From an uncultured Gemmatimonadales bacterium (GTDB taxonomy: Bacteria; Gemmatimonadota; Gemmatimonadetes; Gemmatimonadales; GWC2-71-9), in NCBI GenBank assembly GCA_963844035.1, contig CAWJMT010000009.1:81798-145797 (forward strand): a stretch of 64,000 bases of DNA, read 5' to 3'. Below are positions 9,653 through 18,933 of this stretch, one piece after another (position 1 is the first letter of the stretch; the number at the start of each line of letters is the position of its first letter). A program made the position numbers and the translations under genes. The notes beneath the pieces were generated by a model, which was not told the DNA's origin, did not search any database, and saw only the letters and a program-made list of their open reading frames with translations.

Positions 9653-11003
9653 CTACTTGCCTACGCAAAACGTCGCGAAGACGCGCTCGAGCACATCGTC
9701 AGGCGTCACGGCGCCGATCAGCTCGTCGAGCGCGCCCACGCTCGCCCGCAGGTGGGTGGCCGCGGCTACGGCATCCACTCCGTTCGCGCGCGCCGTGTGA
9801 AACGCCTCGATTTCGCCGAGCGCACGCTCGAGCGCCACGCGGTGGCGCGCGCGCGTCACCACCGGCTCCACGTCACCGAGGCGCAGCAGCTGGCCGAACG
9901 CGACTTCGGCGAGGCGACGCCGTAGGGCATCGAGACCTTCGCCGGTCATCGCCGAAACACGAGGGAAGGGGGAAGAGGGAAGAGGGAAGGGTAAATCTGC
10001 TTTCGTGTACACAGTAACGACCGGAGCTGTGCACTGCGCAAGGAACTCGTCACGCGCATCCCCTTCCCCCTTCCCCCTTCCCTCTTCCCCAATCGCTTCG
10101 CAGAACAAGATCAGGTCCGCCGCCGCGAGGTAGCGGCGACTCACTTCGATCCCGAGCCGCTCGACGTGATCCTCGCTGTCGCGCAGGCCCGCCGTATCGA
10201 CGAGCCGGAACGGGAAGCCTTCGATCACGGCGGTCGCCTCGATCGCGTCCCGTGTGGTGCCGGGGATCTCGGTGACGATGGCGCGCTCGCGCCCGAGCAG
10301 CGCGTTGAAGAGCGACGACTTGCCCGCGTTGGGCCGGCCGGCGATGACCAGCAGGGCGCCTTCGTGGAGTCGTTCCCCCTCGGGCGCAGTTTTGACGAGC
10401 TGCGCGAGCCGGTCCCGCACGACGCGCCAGGTACGCGCGACGCGCTCCGGACTCACAGGGCCTTCGTCCTCGTCGGGAAAGTCGATGTCGTACGCCAGCA
10501 GCGCCTCGAGCTGCGAGCAGATCGTCGCGCAGTGCCTCGAGCCGCTGGGACAGGCCCCGGTCGAGCTGCTGCAATGCGTGCCGGCGCTGGACGGGAGAGG
10601 CTGCGTCGATCAGGTCGGCGGTGGCTTCGGCCTGGAGCAGGTCGAGCTTGCCGTTCAGGAGCGCCCGGCGGGTGAACTCGCCGGGAGGCGCGGGGCGGGC
10701 ACCGGCGGCGACGAACGCCGCAACGGCGTCCGCCGGGACGAGCAACCCGCCGTGGGTGAACACTTCCACCATGTCCTCGCCGGTGTACGAGCGGGGCGCC
10801 GCATACCAGGCGACCAGCGGTTCGTCGATCAAGTCGCCGGCGGCGGTGACGAGGCTGGCTCGCCGCATGGTGCGCGCGGCGTCGGGGAACGGGCGCAGGC
10901 AGCGCGCCGCCACTTCGCGCACGCCGGTGCCCGACAACCGGATCACCGCGACCGCGGAGCGTCCCGGTGGGGTCGCGAGGGCCACGATCGGATCCGACAA
11001 CAC
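9653..11003 (-). CDS. mnmE: tRNA modification GTPase MnmE/TrmE; apparent frameshift near 10510
   Basis: IVALATPPG, PRSYTGED, GEFTRRALLNGKLDL, GRPNAGKSS, PGTTRD, DTAG, C-terminal FCVGK. Confidence 0.95.
9961..10091. repeat. Intragenic inverted arrays of 7-mers within mnmE
   Basis: GAGGGAA GGGGGAA GAGGGAA GAGGGAA (9961-9988) and TTCCCCC TTCCCCC TTCCCTC TTCCCCA (10064-10091). Confidence 0.8.
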
Positions 11004-11031
11004 CGCTCCCCCGACCCCCCTTCCCTCGTGA

Positions 11032-12685
11032 CTACGTGGTCTTGCCCTGCTGTCGCAGCCGCCGTTGCGCGATCAGCCACTGTTGCGGAATGCTGAAGAT
11101 GTTGGAGACCGCGTAGTACAGGTTCAACCCCGCCGCGAATCGGTAGAACAGCACGGTCATCATGATCGGCATGAAGTACAGCATCATCTTCGCCTGCGGG
11201 TTCGGCGGCACGCCCATCTGACCGACCTTGGAGAGCACAAACATCGACAAGCCCCATCATCACCGGGATGATGTAGTACGGGTCGTGACGCGAGAGATCC
11301 GGCAGCCAGAGGAAGGGGACGCCGCGGAACTCGATCGTGTTGGCGAACACGAAGAACAACGCGAACAGGACCGGCATCGGGATCAGCATCGGCAGACAGC
11401 CGCCGAACGGATTGACCTTATGCTCCTTGTATACCTTGAGCATCTCCCGTTGCAGCCGCTCGGGATCGTCTCGGTGTTTATCCTGCGTCGCTTTGATCAG
11501 CGGCGCGGCGGCCTGCATGCGGATGCTCGATTCCATCGCCTTCTGGTTCAACGGCCAGAGGACCAGACGGACCGCGATGCCGAAGATGACCAGCACCCAG
11601 CCGTAGGGAAGTTGGAGCCGCTCGTGCATCCACAACAACACCGTCTCGACGAGGCTCGTCACCGGCTGGATCAGGGGACGGAAAAATCCGCCGTAGGGGT
11701 TGGCGTTTTCGAGGTCGTGCCCGATGCGCTCCAGGCGCCGGTATTCGAGCGGGCCGATGTACATCTGATAGCGAAAGCCCCCCGCCGGCGCGACCGGCAA
11801 CGTGACGGCGACCGCCATGCGGGTGGCCGTCTTCCCCTGGCGCGGACCGCCCACCGCGATGCTGCCGGCAAGCTTGGGATGGTTCTCCTCGAGCGCGAGC
11901 GCGGCCAACAGGAAGTACTTCGACTTGAGGGCCACCCACTCGAACGGACCGTCGAGGATCCTCTGCTCGCCCGGCTTGAGCGACGAGAACGCCGTGCTCT
12001 GCGTTTTGGCCGCCTTGGTGACGACGGCGAAATGGCGGAAATCGTCGACGGTATCCGCCTCCACCGACCGCGGCCCTTCGCCGAGTCCGAGGACGAGGAC
12101 GGCCCCTGTCGGGCCCAGGCCGGTGACGCGGCCGAGCGCCGCGAAGCGGTACCCCTCGGGGTCGAACACGTATTCGAGGGTCACCGTCGCGCCCTGGCGT
12201 TCGCCCGAGAAGGTGAGCCGCGTATGTTCGCCGTCGACCTGCAGGGCACGAGTGCTCGGCTCGAACACCCAGTCACTCAACGCCACCGTGTCCCCGCCCA
12301 CGACCAGGCGAGTCGCCAGCACCGAGTGCCCGGCGGGCACGAGCTGTACGACCCCACCGCTGTCCGCAGGGGCAAACGACCGATAGCGAAGGAGTTCCGC
12401 GGCTACCAGCTGACCCCCGGCGGTGCTGAAGCCGAAGCGAGTGGTGGGGGAGGTGACCCACACCGTCTCCGCTGACGCGGAGACGGGGGCGGTCGGGCGG
12501 TCGGCCGGTCGGCCGGTCAATCGCGAGGTGCCTGCCGTTGAGTCGGGAGCCGGCGCCGGGTGCGACGTGTCTTCGACCGCCTGTCCGCCCGGCCGCCCGA
12601 CCGGCTTCTTCGGCGGAAACAGGATGCTCGGTATCACTGCCACGCCGAGCATGAGGACGATTGCTAAGATGAGCCGTCGGTCCAC
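11032..12685 (-). CDS. yidC: Membrane protein insertase YidC; apparent frameshift near 11250
   Basis: MDRRLILAI, YIGP, YGWVLVIFGIAVRLVLWPL, NPFGGCLPMLI, FLWLPDLS..DP, AGLNLYY..SN..QQW. Confidence 0.95.
12487..12606. repeat. Intragenic inverted arrays of 8-mers within the yidC N-terminal linker
   Basis: GGGCGGTC GGGCGGTC GGCCGGTC GGCCGGTC (12487-12518) and GACCGCCT GTCCGCCC GGCCGCCC GACCGGCT (12575-12606). Confidence 0.8.
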
Positions 12686-12691
12686 GAGTCC

Positions 12692-12919
12692 TCAGGGTAC
12701 CGGGTCGAACCCGCCGGGGTGAAAGGGGTGGCAGCGAAGAATCCGCTTCGCGCCGAGCCAGCTCCCTTTGAGTGCCCCGTAGCGTTCGACCGCCGCGAAG
12801 GTGTAGTGCGAGCACGTCGGAGTGAAGCGACACTGCGTCAACATGTACGGGGCCAGAGTGACCTGGTACGCGCGGATCATCCCCATCACGGCAAGGCGAG
12901 GCCAGCGTCGCGGGTTCAT
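12692..12919 (-). CDS. yidD: Membrane protein insertion efficiency factor YidD
   Basis: [41 protein letters not shown]. Confidence 0.95.
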   Translation of the reverse strand: MNPRRWPRLAVMGMIRAYQVTLAPYMLTQCRFTPTCSHYTFAAVERYGALKGSWLGAKRILRCHPFHPGGFDPVP

Positions 12920-13257
12920 ATGATGCGCCTCACACTGTCCATCAATTCTGCGCGGAGTGCTGGCGGTGGGGCGGAGTACGCGGAGCGTTTCGTGCGCACC
13001 ACGAGGTCGACCGACGGCAGTGTCGCGATGGCTTCGCGCCTCAGCACCTCCCGGAGGCGCCGGCGCAACCGATTGCGTGCCACGGCGGTGAACTGGAAGC
13101 GGGGAACGACGAACGCGATCCGTGGATGGCCCAACTGATTGACGCGCCACGCCAACTCGAGGTGCGGTGTACGCCACCGGCGCCCTTTTTCCCAACAGGC
13201 CGTGAGCTCCGCGCTGCGCGCCAATCGCACGCGGCGCGGAAAGCGCTCGCGCGTTAG
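12916..13257 (-). CDS. rnpA: Ribonuclease P protein component (start codon uncertain)
   Basis: [28 protein letters not shown] (RNR motif); conserved position between rpmH and yidD. Confidence 0.9.
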   Translation of the reverse strand, partial: LTRERFPRRVRLARSAELTACWEKGRRWRTPHLELAWRVNQLGHPRIAFVVPRFQFTAVARNRLRRRLREVLRREAIATLPSVDLVVRTKRSAYSAPPPALRAELMDSVRRII

Positions 13258-13415
13258 TGGCTCCGATGCTTGGACGGCAGTCGGACGGTGAGGCGCTTGC
13301 GCCCCTTCTTGCGCCGACGCGACAAGACCGCGCGGCCCCAAACGTCTTTCATCCGCGCCCGGAAGCCGTGCTTGTTGATCCGTCGCCGGTTGCGTGGACG
13401 ATAAGTCGGACCCAT
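13254..13415 (-). CDS. rpmH: 50S ribosomal protein L34 (53 aa, not in the ORF track)
   Basis: Manual translation [53 protein letters not shown]. Confidence 0.95.
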   Translation of the reverse strand: MGPTYRPRNRRRINKHGFRARMKDVWGRAVLSRRRKKGRKRLTVRLPSKHRSH

Positions 13416-13475
13416 AAATTTCCTCTCGTGAGGCGGGAAACGTACACCGCGCCGCGCGCCGCGGTCAAGGTTGAC

Positions 13476-13484
13476 TTTTCCACA
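13476..13484 (+). promoter_or_regulatory. DnaA box upstream of dnaA
   Basis: TTTTCCACA, one mismatch to TTATCCACA, in the rpmH-dnaA intergenic region. Confidence 0.6.
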
Positions 13485-13539
13485 GGCGGGTCATAGCTTC
13501 GCGCTGCCCTTCGAAACTCCCACCCTTATTTCAGCATCG

Positions 13540-14926
13540 ATGGAGCAGTCCACAAAAGAAGCTTGGAAGCGCCTGCTCGACGAGGCGCGCCGTGAACTAC
13601 CCGACGCGACGGTGCGGACGTGGCTCGAGCCTATTGAGCCGATCGCACTGGACGACGGTCGACTGCTCGTCGGCGCGCCCGATCAGTTCGCCGTGGAGTG
13701 GAACGAGTCGAAACACGCCGGCGTGCTCGCGCGCGCCGCGGAGCGCGTTTTCGGCCGGCCCACCACCGTGGTGTTCCGCGTCCAGGAAGATCGCCAGCAG
13801 CGCCCGCAGATGGACTTCTTCGTCGCTCCGCGTGAAGCTGCCCGCGGGAACCGAGAAGCCATCCGCCGCCACGACGCCGCTCAACGAGCGCTACACGTTC
13901 CAGACGTTCGTGATCGGCAAATCGAACGAGCTGGCCGCGGCCGCGGCGCACGCCGTCGCGGAAGCGCCCGGCAAGACCTACAACCCCCTGTTCATCTACG
14001 GCGCCACCGGCCTGGGCAAGACGCACCTGATGCAGGCGATCGCCCACGCCGTCCTGCAGCACAATCCCGGGACGCGGTTGCAGTACTTCGGCGCCGAGCA
14101 GTTCATCAACGAAGTGATCGAATCGATTCACGCCCGCACGATGTCGGAGTTCCGGCGGCGCTATCGCAACGACGTGGACCTCTTCCTGGTGGACGATGTG
14201 CATTTCCTCGAAGGCAAGGAAATGACGCAGGAGGAATTCTTCCACACCTTCAACGCGCTGTTCGAAGCCCACAAGCAGATCGTCCTGACGTCCGATCGCC
14301 CACCGAAGGAGATCCCGGGCCTCGAGGACCGGCTGATTTCGCGGTTCGAGTGGGGCATGGTGGCGGACATCGGCCACCCGGATCTCGAGCACCGCATCGC
14401 GATCCTGCGGAAGAAGGCGGAGCAGGACCACCTCGAGCTGACCATTCCGGACGACGTGCTCCGCTTTATCGCCGAGCATGTGCGGTCGAGCGTGCGCGAG
14501 CTCGAGGGCTGCATCATCAAGCTGTTGCTGTTCGCCTCGCTCAGGAATCGCGAGGTCACGATCGAGCTCGCCCGCGAGGCGCTGTCGGACAAGATCCGGC
14601 AGGGGGAGGACAGCGCATCGTACGCCGACCAATCGACGCCCAGCATCGATCGTGTCCAGGAAGTGGTGGCGCGCCGCTGGGGCGTCACGCCGGAGGGGCT
14701 GCGCTCCAAGGTCCGCACCAAGACGCTGACGATTCCCCGTCAGGTGGCGATGTACCTGGCGCGCAACATGCTGGGGATGCAGCTCGTCGAGATCGGCCAG
14801 GCGTTCGGCGGGCGCGATCACTCCACCGTGATCCACTCAGTGGACAAGGTCGAGCGACAAATGATCCGGGATCGCATGTTCAAGGAGCGCGTGGAAATGG
14901 CGCGACAGGAGTTGTCCGCACTGTAG
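13540..14926 (+). CDS. dnaA: Chromosomal replication initiator DnaA; apparent frameshift near 13835
   Basis: LNERYTFQTFVIGKSN, YNPLFIYGATGLGKTHL, DDVHFL, QEEFFHTFN, SDRPP, RQVAMYL, FGGRDHSTV. Confidence 0.97.
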
Positions 14927-15160
14927 CGCACATGTGTGTAAGGGGATGTGAACGCTGTGGGCAGAGCGCGCATTCCTGTGGGGAACCGTCGAACGGCCAA
15001 CAGTCCCAACAGCGGGCCCACATGAGGTGGCGCATGTACGCAGCGTGGCAGTCGTCGCTTAGCGCGACTCAACACATTCCCCCAGTCTCTACTACTACTA
15101 CTATTATTTATATAGTATAGAAGTAGGTACTTCTTCCCTCATTCGAATGCAGCGGGATGG
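14927..15160. other. Replication origin oriC (dnaA-dnaN intergenic) with degenerate DnaA boxes, DnaA-trios and an AT-rich unwinding element
   Basis: Degenerate boxes (e.g. TGTGGGGAA 14977-14985, TGTGGGCAG, GGGCCCACA); (CTA)5TTA at 15089-15106 followed by TTTATATAGTATAGAAGTAG in a GC-rich background. Confidence 0.85.
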
Positions 15161-15161
15161 C

Positions 15162-16268
15162 ATGAAGTTCACGATCGCGCGCGAGCAGTTACAGGAAGGC
15201 ATGGCCGCTGTAGCAGCAGCCATCCCGGCGAAGACCACGCTCCCGGTCCTCGCCAATGTCCTGGTTGAGGCAGGTAAGCACGGGCTGCGCCTGTCCGGCA
15301 CCGACCTCGACATCGCCGTGAGCACCACCGTCCCCGCCGAGGTCGATGCCGAGGGCGCGGTGACCCTCCCCGCGAAAAAACTGATCGACATCGCTCGCGA
15401 GCTGCCGAGCGGACCTGTGCGCGTGACCGCCGCCGGCGAGTCGCGCGTCTCGATCGAGTGCGGGCGCTCGAAGTTCAAGCTGCTGGGCTTGCCCCGCGAG
15501 GAGTTCCCGTCCTTCCCCGCCGTGAAGTTCGACGGCGCCTGGAAAGCCGCGGCGGGAGTCGTGCAGAAGCTGGTGGGGCACGTCGCGTTCGCCGCGTCCA
15601 CCGAAGAGAGCCGGCCGATCCTGAACGGCGTGCTGTGGGAGCTGCGCGCCGACCGCATGCGGATGGTGGCGACGAACGGCCACCGCCTGGCCAAGATGGA
15701 CGTGCCGGCGAGCGGCGGCTCGACCGCCGACCTCATCGTCCCGCCCAAGGCGCTGGAGCAGATCCGTCGCTTGATGGCCGGCGATGCCGACATGGAAATT
15801 GCGCGCAGCGACAACCATATCGGCTTCCGGGCGGGCAGCACGCTCGTGTTCTCGCGGCTCATCGAAGGGCCCTATCCGAACTACGAGCAGGTGATTCCGA
15901 AGGAGAACGACAAGTCGGCGACGGTGGACCGCATGGCGATGGCGGCCGCGCTGCGGCGCATGAGCGTGGTCGCGAGCGACCAGACGCACCGCATCCGGCT
16001 CGCGTTCTCAGGCGGAGCAGTGAAGTTTTCGGTCCAGACGCCGGATCTCGGTGAGGCCCAGGACGAGCTCGCCGTGACCTACGAGGGCGAACCCCTCGAA
16101 ATCGGGTTCAACGCGATGTACCTGCTCGAGATCCTCAAGTTCATGCCGACCGACGAAGTGCGCCTCACGTTCAAGGCCCCCGAACGCGCGGCGACCATCG
16201 AGCCGGTCGGATGGGACGACCCGGCGAGCTACATGGCGCTGGTCATGCCGCTCCGTCTCGTGGATTGA
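15162..16268 (+). CDS. dnaN: DNA polymerase III beta sliding clamp
   Basis: KTTLPVLANVL, GTDLDI, ESRPILNGV, VATNGHRLA, SRLIEGPYPNYEQVIP, IGFN..YL, LVMPLRL. Confidence 0.97.
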   Translation: MKFTIAREQLQEGMAAVAAAIPAKTTLPVLANVLVEAGKHGLRLSGTDLDIAVSTTVPAEVDAEGAVTLPAKKLIDIARELPSGPVRVTAAGESRVSIECGRSKFKLLGLPREEFPSFPAVKFDGAWKAAAGVVQKLVGHVAFAASTEESRPILNGVLWELRADRMRMVATNGHRLAKMDVPASGGSTADLIVPPKALEQIRRLMAGDADMEIARSDNHIGFRAGSTLVFSRLIEGPYPNYEQVIPKENDKSATVDRMAMAAALRRMSVVASDQTHRIRLAFSGGAVKFSVQTPDLGEAQDELAVTYEGEPLEIGFNAMYLLEILKFMPTDEVRLTFKAPERAATIEPVGWDDPASYMALVMPLRLVD

Positions 16269-16353
16269 CGGCCGCGGGGCCGTCCTCGGCCCCACTTTGC
16301 CGTCCCGATCCGTCCCGCGTTATCATTCTGGCCCATTTCGAGCCGGAGTTCGT

Positions 16354-17652
16354 GTGCCCGTAACACCAGTCGCACTGGGAGAATTCGCGAGCGTCGGCTC
16401 GGAGCTCCGGCTCATGTCCCATCGAGTGACCGCCGTGGCCCTCGGCGCCGCCACCCGGTACGAGGGAGGGGCGCTCACGGTCTCGGCGGCCGAGCTGCGC
16501 GCGGTGCTCGCCAACAGCGCGATCGCGGACTTCCGCGTCTCATGGGTCTCGCCCGGAGACTCAGCCCGCATTGTGAAAGTGCTCGACGTGGTCGAGCCTC
16601 GCACCAAGGGGACCGGCGGCGCGGGAATCTTCCCGGGCTTTCTGGCGCTCCCGCCGCTCGAGGGCACAGGGGTGACTCACGTCCTCCGCGGGACCGCGGT
16701 GATCGCCGCGGGCTACCTGCCACGGGCCCAGGAAGCCGTCATCGACATGTCGGGGCCGGGCGCCGCGCTCACGCCGTTCGGTGCGACCCACAACCTCGTC
16801 GTCGAGTTCACGCCTGCCGAGGGAGCGTCGTGGGAAAGCGTCGACATCGCCGTGCGTCTCGGCGTATTGAAGGTCGCCGCGCTGCTCGCCGGGGCCGCGC
16901 TCGACGCGCCGCCGGACGAGGTGGTCACGCTTCCCGCGATCCCGCACGCCCGAGCGAGCGGCCTCCCGCGCGTCGGCGCCATCACCAATCTGCAAACGCA
17001 GGGCACGTTCAAGGACATCTTCGTGCACGGTAAGAGCTTCAGCCGCTCGGCGCCGACCCTGATCGATCCCAACGAGCTGCACGACGGCGCGGTCGTGAGC
17101 GGCCAATTCGGCCACCCGGCGCTCAAGAATCCGACGTACATGCATCAGAACCATCCCGTGGTGGCCGAGCTGCGGCGCCGGGACGGCAAGGATCTCGAGT
17201 TCGCCGGACTGATCCTGGCCCCGGAGCCGGTCGAGGCGGAGCAGAAAGAACGCGTGTCGAAGCAGGCGGCCGAGCTGTGCGCTGCCGCGAACTTCGCAGC
17301 CGTCGTGATCACCAAGGAAGGCGGCGGGAACGCGGACGCCGATATCTCCCTGAAGATGGACGCCCTGACCGAGTTCGGAATCGGATCGGTGGGGCTGTTC
17401 GCCGAGATGGCGGGCGCCGAAGGGACGGCGCCGTCGCTCGTCGTGCCTCCGGACAAGGGCACCGCGCTGATCAGCACGGGAAACTATGACGAGGTGGTGC
17501 GCCTGCCGGGTGTCGCGCGTGCGCTGGGGGGCGACACGATCGACGTGGCCAGCACGGCCGCGACCGCGGAGGTCGATCTGCCCACCGCGGTGCTGTACTG
17601 CTCGCTCTCGCCGATCGGCGCCGGGCGGCTCACCTGTCGCGAGGCGGCATGA
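16354..17652 (+). CDS. grdE: Glycine/sarcosine/betaine reductase component B alpha/beta subunit (GrdE/GrdI-like)
   Basis: GTG after GGAG; PGDSARI..V.DVVEPRTK..FPG, IDMSGPGA.LTPF, DGAVVSG..KNPTYMHQNHPVV, ITKEGGGNADAD, STGN. Confidence 0.85.
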   Translation: MPVTPVALGEFASVGSELRLMSHRVTAVALGAATRYEGGALTVSAAELRAVLANSAIADFRVSWVSPGDSARIVKVLDVVEPRTKGTGGAGIFPGFLALPPLEGTGVTHVLRGTAVIAAGYLPRAQEAVIDMSGPGAALTPFGATHNLVVEFTPAEGASWESVDIAVRLGVLKVAALLAGAALDAPPDEVVTLPAIPHARASGLPRVGAITNLQTQGTFKDIFVHGKSFSRSAPTLIDPNELHDGAVVSGQFGHPALKNPTYMHQNHPVVAELRRRDGKDLEFAGLILAPEPVEAEQKERVSKQAAELCAAANFAAVVITKEGGGNADADISLKMDALTEFGIGSVGLFAEMAGAEGTAPSLVVPPDKGTALISTGNYDEVVRLPGVARALGGDTIDVASTAATAEVDLPTAVLYCSLSPIGAGRLTCREAA

Positions 17653-18932
17653 GCCGGGTCGTCCACTACCTCAATCAGTTCTTCGCCGGGTTCGGCGGCG
17701 AGAATGCCGCGTCGACTCCTCCCGGCGTCAAGCCGGGATCGGTGGGCCCCGGCAAGAAGCTTCAGGAGTTTCTCGGGGCGGAGCACGAGATCGTCGCGAC
17801 CGTGTATTGCGGCGACGACCTCGCCGCGGCCAGCACCGACGCGATTGCAGCCGTGCTCGAGCTGGTGGTCCAGGCACGCCCCGACATCGTCATCGCCGGT
17901 CCCGCGTCGACGAGCGGCCGCTACGGTGTCGCGTGCGCACGCGTTGCGGCCGCAGCTGCGCGCGCCGGCATCCCGGCGATCGCGTCCATGCATCCCGAGA
18001 ACCCCGGCCTCGACGACGCCGGCACCGCCGCCGTGGTCGCGAGCGGCGCGTCGGTTCGCGAGATGGGCGCGAGCCTGGAGCGATTGGGCCGCGCGGCCCG
18101 CAAGCGCTTGGCCGGAGAGCCGCTTACCGAAGCGGACGGCAGAATCGGGAAGGTCCCGCGCAAGAACGTGCTGGTCGATCGCAACGCGGCGAGCCGTGCG
18201 GTGGACCTGCTGCTCGCGCGGTTGAACGGGCGCGACGAGCCTGCCGAGGTCCCGATCCCGCGCTTCGATCACGTAGCCCCTGCCCCACCGGTGGCGGACG
18301 CGGCTCAGGCGGTGGTCGCGCTGGTGACCGAGAGCGGCCTCGTCCCCGTCGGCAACCCGGACCGGCTCGAGTCCGCGCGCGCGACCCGTTGGCTGCACTA
18401 CTCGATCGCAGGGAAAGCGACGGCGCCGGCGGGAGAGTACATGTCGGTGCACGGCGGCTACTCCACGGTCTGGGCGAACCAGGACCCCAACCGTCTGTTG
18501 CCGCTCGACGTGGCACGCGAGCTCGAGAAGGAAGGCCTCATCGGCTCGCTGCACGGTGAGTACCTCGTGACCACGGGGAACGGCACCACCGTGCCGAATG
18601 CGCGCCGCTTCGGCGTCGAGTGGGCGGCGGAGCTGCGACGCGCGGGGATCACCGCCGCGATCCTGACCGCCACGTGAGGGACCGGAACGCGTTGCGGGTC
18701 AACGCTTGCGAAGGAGCTCGAGCGGGCCGGGATTCCGACGGCGGTGCTCTGCAACCTCGTATCGGTGGCGGAGCGCGTGGGGGCCGTGCGCATCGTTCCC
18801 ACCCGCGGCATCCCGTACCCGACGGGCGATCCGTCGCTGCCGCCCGCCGAGGAGCGCGCGTGGCGGCGCACGCTCATGCTCCGGGCGCTGAAGGCGATCG
18901 CGACGCCGGTCACCGGGCCGACGCAGTTCTGA
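17649..18932 (+). CDS. grdB: Glycine/betaine/sarcosine reductase selenoprotein B (Sec at TGA 18675-18677)
   Basis: RVVHYLNQFFAG.GGE, TVYCGDD, IAGPA..GRYG.AC, M..ENPG, ALVTESGLVP.GNPDRLES, HGGY, DPNR.LPLD, TTGNGT; read-through of the in-frame TGA gives ILTAT-U-GTGTRCGSTLAKELERAGIP..VGAVRIVPT..IPYPTGDP. Confidence 0.92.
18689..18705 (+). promoter_or_regulatory. Putative bacterial SECIS hairpin of grdB
   Basis: GCGTTG-CGGGT-CAACGC perfect 6-bp stem with G-rich loop, starting 11 nt after the Sec TGA. Confidence 0.65.
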
Positions 18933-18933
18933 C

